In this document: piece after piece, positions 20,426 to 31,740 of the stretch
How positions within the stretch are numbered: position 1 is the stretch's first letter
Layout: every line of letters starts with the position of its first letter
Assembly: GCA_003707115.1 (NCBI GenBank)
Contig: PPNB01000001.1
Location: forward strand, 186,001-250,000
Direction of reading: 5' to 3'
DNA length: 64,000 bases
DNA from: Tortispora ganteri
Lineage: Eukaryota
Notes under the pieces: model-generated
What the model saw: the letters and a program-made list of their open reading frames with translations, nothing else
What the model was told of the DNA's origin: nothing
Databases searched by the model: none
Program-made: the position numbers and the translations under genes

Positions 20426-23400
20426 TCACTCAGCGCGCGTCGCCGAGAGCTTCTGGATAAGGCTAGTTCTAGCCTTCCGTGCACTTCCAGGAGTTGATGT
20501 AATGAAATTATTCGATATATCTTCCGCTCGTGAATGTAGTCTCGATGGATTAAACTTAGATGGTTGAGCAGGTACTTTGCGATATTCCCGATGCGCATTT
20601 AGCATTTTCTTCAATGCTTCAATTTCACGCCTCTTATTATTCGCAATCCTATTAATTTTCTCAATAGAACGGATAATATTTTCAGCTGTTGGGCTGTATT
20701 CAATGCCACTGCTAGCCATAATTTCTGGTTTGATGGTTAAGTATGATTCTTCGAGGTCATACAGCTGTTCCCTGATTAATTTGACAGACTTTCTCAAGGT
20801 TAACAAAGTCTCCCTTTGATGAGAATCTAGCTCATCTTCAACCTGAATGTCCCCTTCGTTTTCATAGTTTTCTTTAACAGAAGTTGTAGCTGCTGCAAGC
20901 CTAGCTAAACGTAACTCGTCCTGTACACTAATATAGTCCACTGCTTTCAAGCGTTTCATAGTATCGCGCATAGTCTGGTTCAGAGACTTGAAAGTATCAA
21001 TATTATCAGATATTAGCTTCGTACCTCGACTTTTAAAGTCTCCTAAAGACCATTTATCAGCTTCCTCGATGTTAGGAAGAGCCAATTCTTCTGGGTAAGG
21101 TTCTTTGTGCGCGTCAATAACATCTTTGAGGCCCGTGACAAACTGATATGTAGCTAGTATATCATTTATACAAGTGTCATTTATAAATAAGAACTGGCTC
21201 GCCCAATCATTGCTTTCAAGTATATTGGTCTCTGTAGGCTTATCTTGAAAGACCGGAATGGTCTTCAGACGGTTCATATAATGATTAATCTTTCGCGTTT
21301 TTTCCTCTTCAGGCGTCAATAGCTTTTTAACACCAGGTATGTCACTAGCTGAGATGTCGGAAATATCGGTTCCACTGAGAGCGTGCACTCCATGTGACTC
21401 AATACAGCTTTTTGAGGCCAAATTCATAGGGCCAAATGTTGTTTCCTGCACTTCACCTTCCTTAGAATTATTTAGCTTAGAGACCGAGCCGGTTTTTTTT
21501 TTCAATGAAGGTAAATGTTCATTTTGTTTTTCATTTACTGAGCAGGAGATAGAGCAGCTAGCATTACGCTCTAGCTGCGTAGTTGGTGGTTCACATGGCC
21601 CAGAGGGTGAGAAGACATTTGAGTTTGCAAGAGGCTTTTCTATAAGACCTGTAGTTGGTTGGAGAGAATAGGTTTTTGTTTCCGCAAATTGAGAAATTGA
21701 TGAAGTCTCACCGTAATTAGCACTGTTAAAGCTCGGCAAATCTGTCGTCTGAAACTCGGTGTTGAATCGAAACTCCGGCGACTGTATTTTCCCTCGTAGT
21801 CCAGTTGCAACGCTGAAATTATCAACATCATTCAGAGAGCTATTTATAGTGAATTTTTGTTCAGAACCTTTGTTTTTTGAATTATCAGCGTCCAGCTTTA
21901 GGACAGATGAAAATTTGCCTAAGGAGAACTGGGGGAATTCTTCTTGCGAAGTATTACTGATGAGCGCTGATACATTAGTCGATTCATCAGGATCAGAGAT
22001 ATTCGATTTCGACATTTCAACATCAAGTGGGGAGCTCTGATCTTCTTTAATAGACTGCACTGTGGCAGATGGTACAAGGTCTTCATGATCTTTATTTGCT
22101 GATTCACTAATCACAGATATATGCTCTGAATCGACATCATTAGACGGTACTGATACACCAATATCTTCCTTAGGCTTATCAATAGTATGGAAAGAAGTAG
22201 ATGCGTCAATCTCAAAAACTTCGCTGGGTTGGTTGACGTTGAGATCAATAGGTGTGTTAACTGACTCAACCGAACTGTGAGCAGCTTTTGTAGGTGTAGA
22301 TCGAAATGAGTTAGAAAAAAAATCAACAGCAGTACCGCTGAAAGAAGTAAGAGGGGTAGCTTGGTAGCTCGAATCATCAACAGTTTCAATATGTGCTGAT
22401 ACTCTCTTTTCCGATGGCTGATTCACTATGGTATTGCTGAGGTTCGTTTCGCTGTCTCCGCTAGAAGCCACCTTATTAGTATTTTCAGCAAACAAGGGTA
22501 AAACCCTATTCGATGTTTTCTCGGTTAAATCTTCGTCTAAATCAACAGTATTATTATTGGCATCAATTGATGTCTCAGCGACTTCAGTGGGTATAGATAT
22601 CTCCGTATCAGTAGCATTATCCAATTCAGCACTATTCAAATCACGTGATATGTCGCTCTTTGCGTTATCATCGGCACCATTTTCAGTTGAAATTAATACA
22701 TCAGGCTGAGAAATAGTGTAGTTTGCAGCGGTATTGGACCTGTGAGTAAGATTAGTCGAGTCTTCGATCTCTTTAACATTAGCTGAACGAATCGCCGTAT
22801 CCATATTCATAGTAGAGGGTGACAATTGAAGTGAACTTTCATTCGCATGTGAAGTATCCAGAAAAGACTCACTGGAAGCCAATGAAGGAGATTGCGTATG
22901 TCTGACAGGTTCTGTGATATGTTCTAAATTGTCAGATTCATTGTTTACCGAAGAGATACCAACCGCAGTTTCATTTTTCACTTCTGACGGTTCTTTTAGA
23001 TCAGCTTCAGAACGCGGATATAGAAGCTTCAGATTTTCAATTGGTGTTAACTTGATTCTAGACTGGACAATCTCCTCATTAACTGTAGAAGCTAGGGCGA
23101 GAGCAGTAGAGGTCTGGTCATGTATCCCTGGACCATACAAAATATGCCAAGAAACCAAGGCGCCGGTATTCGTCAGTATATAAACAATAGGAACTGGAGG
23201 ACAATCATCAAATGAAGGGACCGATGATGAGAAGCGGACATCAGACTGTAAGTCAATTGCCATTCCAACAGGGCTCATTTCCCCATCATCTGAGAGTGGT
23301 AGTTCTGCACGGGCAGTATCCTCAATAATGTTTAAAGTACTCTCGGAGGATAAAGTCGTTATAGTAGAAGAGCATGTAGATGCAGCCAAAATCAAGTTTT

Positions 23401-24286
23401 GCAGTTCATTGATCTTGTATGGCAAGTTTGAGATATAAAACAAAGGCTGACGTTCGATAAGTCCATCAGGGAAGCATATTTCTTGTAAAAGCTCAAACGA
23501 ATACTGCTCAGAGGGTAACCTCTTCACAATGTAACCGCTATAGTTTGCAGAGTCGGGATCGAATTTGTCTGTAGTGTAGACTACGAGGAAGGTCTCAACT
23601 GATACCCATGTGAGTGACAATGTATTCGTTTCCTCCAAGTCATCAGGGGGAGCGATGACACGAACTTTCGCAGCACTTTCAATTGAATATATTTCAATGG
23701 ATCCGTTAGAAAGAGACGATGCGAATTGGGAACCGTTAGGAGAGATAGCAGCGGCCACAGAATTACATATGCGCAAGACAGATTTTGTATCTGTGTTGAT
23801 CGAAAGCAAAGAACCCCTTACTGTTAGAGCAAGTAAATGTCTGGGGATAATTGGATTCGGTAATAATTGCTTAATTGAGTCATTACATGATATTTCGAAA
23901 GCGCTAGAGCGGCTAAAGTAGAAGTCAGACAGCGGTACCGGGAATGCAATTAGAGTGCCGCTTTCTACACCACATATTAATAAGGAGTCATCACAGTTAA
24001 ACGTCAGACACGTTATGTCTTTAGCAAGATCCAGCTTCTCAGTCTTAGCTTCCTTATCCGATAAAAATGCCGTACGAATCGCGGACAGAGAGCCGTAGTG
24101 TAATGTAGAACTATGAGAAGCAACGAGCAAGTCTTTTGTGCGAGCAATGGCAAGGGAGCTATAAGAACTTTGAAGAAGGCTGCTACTATAACTATCAGTT
24201 AATTGAATTGATTTACCATTTCCAAGAGAAACAAGCGCAAGGGCTTCCGTTTCATGGTCTGGAAACTGCCGTAAAGTACTTGTCAT
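20426..24286 (-). CDS. NUP159: Nup159/Nup214-like cytoplasmic nucleoporin, FG-poor
   Basis: N-terminal beta-propeller ending RAELP...SPVGMAIDL...PIVYILTNTGALVSW, long Ser/Thr/acidic disordered middle, C-terminal coiled coil with KWSLGDF; ATG at 24286. Confidence 0.75.
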   Translation of the reverse strand: MTSTLRQFPDHETEALALVSLGNGKSIQLTDSYSSSLLQSSYSSLAIARTKDLLVASHSSTLHYGSLSAIRTAFLSDKEAKTEKLDLAKDITCLTFNCDDSLLICGVESGTLIAFPVPLSDFYFSRSSAFEISCNDSIKQLLPNPIIPRHLLALTVRGSLLSINTDTKSVLRICNSVAAAISPNGSQFASSLSNGSIEIYSIESAAKVRVIAPPDDLEETNTLSLTWVSVETFLVVYTTDKFDPDSANYSGYIVKRLPSEQYSFELLQEICFPDGLIERQPLFYISNLPYKINELQNLILAASTCSSTITTLSSESTLNIIEDTARAELPLSDDGEMSPVGMAIDLQSDVRFSSSVPSFDDCPPVPIVYILTNTGALVSWHILYGPGIHDQTSTALALASTVNEEIVQSRIKLTPIENLKLLYPRSEADLKEPSEVKNETAVGISSVNNESDNLEHITEPVRHTQSPSLASSESFLDTSHANESSLQLSPSTMNMDTAIRSANVKEIEDSTNLTHRSNTAANYTISQPDVLISTENGADDNAKSDISRDLNSAELDNATDTEISIPTEVAETSIDANNNTVDLDEDLTEKTSNRVLPLFAENTNKVASSGDSETNLSNTIVNQPSEKRVSAHIETVDDSSYQATPLTSFSGTAVDFFSNSFRSTPTKAAHSSVESVNTPIDLNVNQPSEVFEIDASTSFHTIDKPKEDIGVSVPSNDVDSEHISVISESANKDHEDLVPSATVQSIKEDQSSPLDVEMSKSNISDPDESTNVSALISNTSQEEFPQFSLGKFSSVLKLDADNSKNKGSEQKFTINSSLNDVDNFSVATGLRGKIQSPEFRFNTEFQTTDLPSFNSANYGETSSISQFAETKTYSLQPTTGLIEKPLANSNVFSPSGPCEPPTTQLERNASCSISCSVNEKQNEHLPSLKKKTGSVSKLNNSKEGEVQETTFGPMNLASKSCIESHGVHALSGTDISDISASDIPGVKKLLTPEEEKTRKINHYMNRLKTIPVFQDKPTETNILESNDWASQFLFINDTCINDILATYQFVTGLKDVIDAHKEPYPEELALPNIEEADKWSLGDFKSRGTKLISDNIDTFKSLNQTMRDTMKRLKAVDYISVQDELRLARLAAATTSVKENYENEGDIQVEDELDSHQRETLLTLRKSVKLIREQLYDLEESYLTIKPEIMASSGIEYSPTAENIIRSIEKINRIANNKRREIEALKKMLNAHREYRKVPAQPSKFNPSRLHSRAEDISNNFITSTPGSARKARTSLIQKLSATRAE

Positions 24287-24402
24287 GTTGTTTAGAGTGT
24301 GAGGTTGCGTGAAAGTGAGAAAAGTTCCTGGTAGTTGGGAGTCAGCAATCAAGCAAGATTGTCAGATCAAGTGCATTGAACTAGGAATATTCAGGATAGA
24401 GG

Positions 24403-25359
24403 TCAAAGGTAACGGCAAAACCCTATAGGTGAGATATATTGTACATGCTGCTTAAGTCCTGTAAATGCAAGGGGTACGTGGTGCCCAAAGTTGCACCTGG
24501 GGTCGTTCTGACCCAAACATATCCAGATTTGCTCCGGGGAATCAGGTAATCCCTCTGAAGATATGTATAACTCATTGCTTGATTGTTTGTATTCAAGAGA
24601 AGGAGGCAACTGACATACTGGGTCATTGTAATGAGTAATTCTCCATAGGGAGGGATGTGGCGATGTGAAAGGATTATCATTGTATGATAGTGGACGGAAG
24701 TGTAGGTCTAGCCAATCAACAAATGCTTGATTGCCGATACAGGGCTGACCAAATGTGACAATTAATAATCCTCTTTTTGATATAGGATCGCTGAATGAAA
24801 GAGAGATGCCTGCTAATAAAGCCAATGCACCGCCTAAAGAATGACCAATAACAAGTACGGGAGTATCTTTATGCATTTCCATTAGTCGATCGACAGCGTT
24901 AACTATAATAGGCTCCAATTGCTTATATGAGTTATGAAAGCCAGCATGAACTTCGCATCCTTCACATCCGTGATGCGTTCCGTATAAATCAAGGTCGCTC
25001 TGCAGGAAATCGGAGTCCACGATAACGTCTTTCAATGTATTAGTGCCTCGGAATGCAACTATGATTTTCTTTTGCTTGGAAAATGAACCATCATCAACAG
25101 CGATGTAACCTGTGCAGGATTGGTTTGCATGATCAGTGGCAAACTCTGTAATAAGGTGAACGCCATTGAATCGGCTGCATACAGATGTGCAGTTAAATGG
25201 CTCGGATATGCCAGGAGAAGGAACACAATATGCTACATCGGCTAGATGAGAGCACTCTCTTAATAATTGAAAGTGATAGGGTGAGATATGCTCAATAAAC
25301 AAGCGGGTTTGAGTCCCCTCTACCAAAACAATTAATGACAATATCCTCCAAATCAGCAT
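24403..25359 (-). CDS. Secreted class 3 lipase
   Basis: Signal peptide, IIVAFRGT, CEVHAGF, GHSLGGA nucleophile motif, TFGQP, RITHYNDPV. Confidence 0.92.
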   Translation of the reverse strand: MLIWRILSLIVLVEGTQTRLFIEHISPYHFQLLRECSHLADVAYCVPSPGISEPFNCTSVCSRFNGVHLITEFATDHANQSCTGYIAVDDGSFSKQKKIIVAFRGTNTLKDVIVDSDFLQSDLDLYGTHHGCEGCEVHAGFHNSYKQLEPIIVNAVDRLMEMHKDTPVLVIGHSLGGALALLAGISLSFSDPISKRGLLIVTFGQPCIGNQAFVDWLDLHFRPLSYNDNPFTSPHPSLWRITHYNDPVCQLPPSLEYKQSSNELYISSEGLPDSPEQIWICLGQNDPRCNFGHHVPLAFTGLKQHVQYISPIGFCRYL

Positions 25360-25964
25360 TGCTGGCTGCGTGGGTGTAGCATGTATAGATTCACGCTTGA
25401 TTCACCGGAAACTCAATAGTGTTTTCACTCCTATAATCGAGGAATAAATTATATAAAGTGAAAAGTAAGTTCTAAAAAAGCATATAGGAATAATTTCTTC
25501 TGATATTCTTATTAGTTTCCCGCTTTAGTTGTAATAGTCAAGGTCGAAAAGCAGTAAGAAGCTAGTGTTTCCCGATTGGGAAATAGCACCTGCCGGCGTT
25601 ACATTTATCGCACAATCCAGCATCCACATGAGAATATCTTAGACACCGCAACAAAATATTCATCTAGTAAAATATTACAGGAAATACCAATATTAATTCG
25701 GTAAGTCCTACTGTTGAGCTCAATTTATCATTGGTTGTATTTATTCAGCAGATTCCAAACTCTACAAATCAAAAATAATCGTAGGAACATTAATTGAGCG
25801 GACGAAGTTGGGAGGGATCTTTTTGCAACTTTTTTCCCCTTCATTTTCACCCTTTCTTTTTCACTGTCTTTATTATCTACTTAAAAAGTAGTATCCTTTT
25901 GTAGATTTAGTCTAATAAAACCAGAAGAAGAAAAAAAGAGAGAAACTAAAAAAATAAGTTAATT

Positions 25965-26702
25965 ATGGCTACTCGTGCTCAATTTGAGAACTCCAACGAA
26001 GTCGGAGTTTTCTCCAAGCTTACTAATTCTTATTCTTTGGTTGCTGTTGGTGGCTCGGAAAACTTTTACTCTGTATTCGAAGCTGAATTAGGAGATGTTA
26101 TTCCAATTATTCATACAACAATTGCTGGAACTAGAATAGTTGGTCGTTTGACTGCTGGAAACCGTAGAGGTTTGCTTGTACCTATGTCAACCACTGATCA
26201 GGAATTGCAGCACTTAAGAAACTCGTTGCCCGATGAGGTTCGTATTCAACGTATCGAAGAGCGCTTAAGTGCTTTAGGTAATGTTGTATGCTGCAATGAC
26301 CACGTCGCCCTAGTTCATCCTGATATTGAAAGAGATACCGAAGAGATTATCGCTGATGTTTTAGGTGTTGAAGTCTTCAAACAAACTATTGCTGATAACG
26401 TGCTTGTTGGCTCTTACATGGCATTGAGTAATCGCGGTGGCCTTGTTCACCCAAAAACTCCCGTTCAAGTACAAGATGAATTATCTACTTTGCTTCAAGT
26501 CCCTATTGTTGCTGGAAGTGTTAATCGAGGCTCTTCGCTAGTTGGTGCTGGTATGGTTGTCAATGATTGGATGGCTGTAACTGGTATTGCCACTACGGCC
26601 CCAGAACTAAGTGTCATCGAAAGCATTTTCCATTTGCAAGACGGATTTCCTGGTGATATCCCTGAAAATATGCGAGATACTTTGATCGAAACTTATACTT
26701 AA
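25965..26702 (+). CDS. TIF6: Translation initiation factor 6 (60S biogenesis)
   Basis: [23 protein letters not shown]..., 245 aa, highly conserved throughout. Confidence 0.98.
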   Translation: MATRAQFENSNEVGVFSKLTNSYSLVAVGGSENFYSVFEAELGDVIPIIHTTIAGTRIVGRLTAGNRRGLLVPMSTTDQELQHLRNSLPDEVRIQRIEERLSALGNVVCCNDHVALVHPDIERDTEEIIADVLGVEVFKQTIADNVLVGSYMALSNRGGLVHPKTPVQVQDELSTLLQVPIVAGSVNRGSSLVGAGMVVNDWMAVTGIATTAPELSVIESIFHLQDGFPGDIPENMRDTLIETYT

Positions 26703-26860
26703 TCAAGTTACGGTTAATAATCTACGTATAAATCTTTGATATGATCTAATGAATCTGTTTAATGAGCATTGAAGAATGAAGGAATGCACTGCACTGCCTA
26801 CTACTTAGGTACCTGGTTTCACGGAATGACTAGAATTTTTTTTTTCCCTCCTTTTTTTTT

Positions 26861-27544
26861 TTATAAGGACTTAAATGTACGCAATACATTATATTTACCC
26901 TTGAGTTCTTCCGTAACGTTAGAATTGCCTGGCCTCTCTACCAATCTGGCATCAAGGCCGCATTTAGTAGCAGCTTCGAGTTCATACACATTGTCACTAA
27001 GGAAGAGAATCTTAGAACCAGCTCCAATTTGATTCTGAATCTTTCTATAAGAATCAGGGTCTTGTTTAGGTCCAACAGTGCTTGGATCGAAATATCCTGA
27101 TAAGTATATATTCAAGTCTCCGAATGTTGTATAGGCAAATAGTAGTTTCTGTGCAGCAATCGATCCCGATGAGTAGATATATACTGGCGTACCGCTGGAA
27201 TGCCATTCCTTGAGTTTTTCGTATGCGTCTTCATAAATAGGAGCTTTAATTTCGCCACTGTGATATCCAACCTTCCATAAGTAGCCTTGTAAATTCTTGA
27301 GTGGTGGCGTTTTGCTGTCTTCCTGAATTAATTTTTTAACACACTCAATGAATGCTTCTGGGCTTGCCAGACTTTCCGGGAATAAGTCCTTGAAGCCATC
27401 TTTGTATAACTGAAAATCTCCTTCTTTATCCCATTCTCTATTTACAGCATCTGGCAAAGCTTTTAGGGCATACGGAAACAATACGTCTTTGACGAATGAA
27501 ATAGGGCACACTGTCCCTTCGATGTCTAACAGAACAGCAGTCAT
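26861..27544 (-). CDS. UTR4: Enolase-phosphatase E1 (methionine salvage, HAD family)
   Basis: LLDIEGTVCPISFVKDVLFPY, LQGYLW, IYSSGSIAAQKLLF, LFLSDN motifs. Confidence 0.95.
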   Translation of the reverse strand: MTAVLLDIEGTVCPISFVKDVLFPYALKALPDAVNREWDKEGDFQLYKDGFKDLFPESLASPEAFIECVKKLIQEDSKTPPLKNLQGYLWKVGYHSGEIKAPIYEDAYEKLKEWHSSGTPVYIYSSGSIAAQKLLFAYTTFGDLNIYLSGYFDPSTVGPKQDPDSYRKIQNQIGAGSKILFLSDNVYELEAATKCGLDARLVERPGNSNVTEELKGKYNVLRTFKSL

Positions 27545-28273
27545 TGTCGAAGTTTAGCTTTGGTATGCGTGTTTCTAAGCGGCCACATTGCAATAATTTG
27601 TAATCAAATAACAGTCTTCTTTTTAAGAAAATCTCCATTGAATATTTGTACTTAGTTTATAAAGCCACGTTCAATTTCTCTTCTAGACGGTGCCTGCCGT
27701 CGTACATTTTTCCGGATCGTGTATGGAAACTATAGCGAAAAATTGATTCATATCATCGTTTTAAACGAATTCGGTAGAGATTGAAGACATGGTTGGGTTT
27801 GGTGAATCTATTTTACATTTGTATATGGAAAAATTCTCTAAAGAAAGAGCACTAGTTAATGGCACTCGATTGATAATTGCCTGCCGCACTATATGAGCGT
27901 GTCGGTATTGACTAGATATGATCTTTATATTACCCAGGCCTGCAGCGGATAGAGTCGTACAATCTATAGCAAATGGATCTGGCCGCTTGTAGCGTTTATG
28001 CCGCACGGCTATACTACAGACATTCAGCACAGAAGTGATAGTGCTAAGTGAGAAATATAGCATGAGATCATAACAAGTTCTAAAAAAGAAAAACCAATGG
28101 GGATTTTCTATTAAATAACTGCGGACCATTGACAGACAGTGAAAAAAATGTCGAGTAAATATATACGCATACACTGCGCATTATTGACATGCGCATATAC
28201 ATAGACCCAGAGCACAAGTGATAGTGAAATAATGAATTAAATCTATGGGTGTCTATATAGTATCAGCATTGGA

Positions 28274-29722
28274 TTACAAAGGCAACTCAAAAGATACGTT
28301 CACATCAATTTCGCGGGCCATGGAAACGACCTTTGAAAGTTGACAAACCTTTTGAGCGGCGTCATCAAGGTCTGTGAAAGAGAAGATCTTCAGTCCTGAG
28401 TCTGAAATGAGTCTGTGAGCTTCTTCGACATTAGTGCCCTGGAGTCTGGCAACGATAGGGACATTGATATCCATAGATTGGGCAACAGAGATAAGACCCT
28501 TGGCAATGATATCACAACGGACAATACCACCGAAAATGTTAACAAAAATACCAGTGACTTGACGCTCACTAGTAATGAGCTGGAGAGCATGGCGAATGGC
28601 ATCGATGGTAGCACCTCCACCACAGTCCAAAAAGTTAGCAGGGTCACCACCATAAAGCTTGATAATGTCCATAGTAGCCATAGCAAGACCAGCACCATTG
28701 ACGAGACAGCCAATAGTGCCATCGAGCTTAATGAAGTTCAATCCATCGCGAGCGGCTTCAACCTCATCGGCATCTTCTTGAGAAAGATCGCGCCAGGAGA
28801 AAATTTCCTTTTGTCTGAAGGCAGCGTTGTCGTCGAAGCCAAGTTTAGCATCCATAGCAACTACACGGTGGTCAGTTGTTTCAGAAAGAGGGTTGATTTC
28901 GACCTGAGTGCAGTCCTTATCTTGGAAAAGGGTGTAGAGGTCTTTGATTGCTTGCGCAGCAGCAGGTTGCGCCTGTATAGAAAACCCAAGTTGCTTAGCA
29001 ATGGTATTAGCGATTTCGTCGGTAACACCGGTTGCAAGAGGGATAGGAGTTTGGTGGATAGCGTCAGGATGTTCAGCGGCAACACCTTCAATATCCATAC
29101 CACCTTCACTTGAAGCAACAATCATAGGGCACTGGTTAGTGCGGTCCATAAGGATAGCGATGTAAGCCTCGCGGCGTACGAATTCACGCTCAACGACATA
29201 AACGCCAGTACAAGGCTTTCCCTGAGGTCCTGTCTGTTTAGTAATGAGCTTGTGGCCCAGCATCTGCTCAGCATACAATTTAGCCTCATAAGGAGAGCCA
29301 ATTAGCTTCACACCACCCTTGAGTCCTGTATCAAAAACACCTTTACCACGCCCTCCGGCAAGTACCTGAGCTTTAATGACCATATCTTCCTTTCCAATAG
29401 CCTTTGCAGCCTTTTCAGCCTCCTCAGGCGTAAAGGCAGGGAAACCTTTAGGAATACCTACACCATACCTATCTAGAAGTTGAGCTGAACGGTACTCATG
29501 TAAAGAGAGATGTCTTTTAGAAGAGTGGGCAACTGATTTAATCAACTGCGCGACGTTAGTAGCAGAAAACAAAAGAATACCAGGTAAACCTCGGTTTAGA
29601 TTTGATAGCGAATAGCAAAGAACTATAGTCAAATAGAGTAAAAATCGGTACAAAAACCATCTCAATCATCTATTCTGCAAAGTAAAACGTACCTTTGAAG
29701 AGCATACTTGACGATTCAACAT
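28274..29722 (-). CDS. LSC2: Succinyl-CoA ligase beta subunit, mitochondrial, spliced
   Basis: Exon 1 29722-29693 (MLNRQVCSSK), intron 29692-29546 GTACGT...TACTAAC...GCAG, exon 2 29545-28274; LHEY, KAQVLAGGRGKG, VNGAGLAMATMD motifs. Confidence 0.93.
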
Positions 29723-30030
29723 TGCTTTGGTAAATAGACAGCTTATGAGAGTCTTTTTCAGAGATTGAACCCCTCTTTTCTAGAGTGTTGAACTTAAGAA
29801 AACCTTAATTTCATATTACCCTACTTTTATTTCTGTACAATATAGACATTCGCAATCAACGCAGTTCAGCACGGTTTGATTGAGAATAAGCCTAGGAGGA
29901 GGATTATTCTGCAAAAATATCATTACGATTTATTTGTGACTGTTCTGTAACTAGAAGTGGATTCTAGACCTGTATGTGACACGTCTGCTGCAGTAACGAA
30001 CTCAGAATTCGATACACTGGGCATCATAGA

Positions 30031-31092
30031 ATGGAAACTTACGTAACGCGAATTAAACGCTATGAGGGCGGGAAAATCAGCAATTACAGAATAAAACGAA
30101 TTGCTGATTTTATTGATGATAGTTTGAGGCGTAACTTTTACGAAGAATTGATAAGCAATTCTGTGTATTTAACTGAAGAGACCATTAAGTTCCTTTTAGA
30201 TCAGGATGAACATCAGACTGTCGAGAAGAAGAGTAAATTATCTACTAGACTATCTCCGACAGCCTCATTGGAAGATGCCATTACACATGAAGATATAAAA
30301 CTAATTTGCAAATATCTGGAGTTGTCTCAAAGCCTGAAGAGTCCTTCAGAGGATAAAATGGCCTTACAAGTATCAGCTCTAAATGTTTTGGCAACAATCG
30401 GGTTCCTGGAGTACAACGATTTGAACCTTGCAACTGCTTTGGATGAGATCACAAATATTTCCAAGAATTTGAGTTTAGTGTCAAAATATATAGTTCAGGA
30501 AGATCTTTGCAACTACGCTTTTGTTTGTGTGATTGCTCTGTCATGTTCTAAGACCGACTTATTACGCTATGTCAACCATGAAGACTTAAGAAATTGCTTT
30601 CACTGCACAGGTTCAGTTGTTAAGCACATTATAGCGGCAATATCTAATGGAGACTATTGCTTAGCGATTAAGAAGTACAGCGAACTGCGTAACTCTTTTC
30701 TGGTCGACCCTTTTCTGAATAGGCAACTAGTCAACATAGACGCAGCAATCACCAATTGCGTATATGCTACTTTGTTACAACCCTATGAAAATATATCATT
30801 CAAAGAGATATCTGTTAGGTTAAACAAACGCGAAGATATAGTTTTGAAAGACTTAATGACTCTGCTCTCAACTAAGCGACTGCCTTACAGAATCGATACT
30901 GTTGCTATGAATATAGCTAGGTTCCATCCTGCGAGTACATCGGCCTCTTGGTGGTCAGTTTTGAGCTCTTCGAACAGCGCTTATGCTTTTTGCAAGGCCA
31001 TATATCTTCATTATCAGGCGAAATCAGCTGGACTGGCTGATAATAACTTCACTAGTGTCACAAATAATGTGCACAGTATCAATTTATCATAG
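30031..31092 (+). CDS. Divergent PCI-domain protein, most like COP9 signalosome subunit 1
   Basis: C-terminal half follows the Csn1 PCI pattern (DLCNYAFVCVIAL, FLVDPFL, QPYENISF, LPYRID). Confidence 0.6.
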   Translation: METYVTRIKRYEGGKISNYRIKRIADFIDDSLRRNFYEELISNSVYLTEETIKFLLDQDEHQTVEKKSKLSTRLSPTASLEDAITHEDIKLICKYLELSQSLKSPSEDKMALQVSALNVLATIGFLEYNDLNLATALDEITNISKNLSLVSKYIVQEDLCNYAFVCVIALSCSKTDLLRYVNHEDLRNCFHCTGSVVKHIIAAISNGDYCLAIKKYSELRNSFLVDPFLNRQLVNIDAAITNCVYATLLQPYENISFKEISVRLNKREDIVLKDLMTLLSTKRLPYRIDTVAMNIARFHPASTSASWWSVLSSSNSAYAFCKAIYLHYQAKSAGLADNNFTSVTNNVHSINLS

Positions 31093-31224
31093 TTAAAATA
31101 GCGGGTTGGGAGCGTGGGGTGTGCTTTTCTACACCCCCCACACATAATTTAATTCTCCTATCGCTACTCTTTTTATAAAGACACGAGCATTAGTTCCTTT
31201 TATCTCTCGGCTCGTGCCACTTCT

Positions 31225-31641
31225 ATGAGCAATAAAGAAAAGAAATCAGCCGATGATATTCGAAATGAAATTTTGCACTCATTCTCTTTGACCAACAAGC
31301 TGGTCAGTAATTGGATAAAGGACAAACCGGATGACCAATCTCCATTGGACATAGATTTGGACTTACGTCCTAATAATTTAGGGGTTGGCGCCAACGTCGC
31401 AAGATCCAATAAACAGGCACCTAAATCAATGGTTGAAAAGAAACTTTTAAGAAATATCGAAAGACAAAAGATCAAAACAGATTTAAATGGGCACTTTACA
31501 AAGAAAGACAGTATTGCACAAGAATTTAACTCAGGGATTACCAGTAATAACGATACGCTATTTGATTCTAGCGACGAAGAAACGAAACCGATAGGAAAAC
31601 CAGTGAAAAGATTAAAGTGCTTTAATCACTTTGGAAAATAA
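31225..31641 (+). CDS. Small conserved fungal protein, DUF3245-like
   Basis: LVSNWI...RPNNLGVGA motif, basic and acidic low-complexity tail. Confidence 0.6.
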   Translation: MSNKEKKSADDIRNEILHSFSLTNKLVSNWIKDKPDDQSPLDIDLDLRPNNLGVGANVARSNKQAPKSMVEKKLLRNIERQKIKTDLNGHFTKKDSIAQEFNSGITSNNDTLFDSSDEETKPIGKPVKRLKCFNHFGK

Positions 31642-31704
31642 CGATGCATTATTAAATACTTGTACGAATTATGACAGAAAACTATACGAATTACATGATA
31701 TTAA

Positions 31705-31740
31705 GTACTCAAATGTAAAAAGGTACTCAAATGTAAAAAG
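31705..31740. repeat. Perfect 18-bp tandem duplication GTACTCAAATGTAAAAAG x2, followed by an A-rich tract
   Basis: Read directly; lies between the convergent 3' ends of the DUF3245-like and SFL1-like genes. Confidence 0.9.

Noticed and set aside
24364..24373. AGATCAAGTG resembling U2 snRNA
   Set aside because: The branch-pairing GTAGTA and the rest of U2 are absent
27761..28174. 137-aa minus-strand ORF between UTR4 and LSC2
   Set aside because: Composition typical of non-coding sequence and no motifs; only its last nine codons were kept as a low-interest note
28415..29113. 232-aa antisense ORF and other nested ORFs in LSC2
   Set aside because: Shadow frames expected from strong codon bias in a highly expressed gene; no motifs
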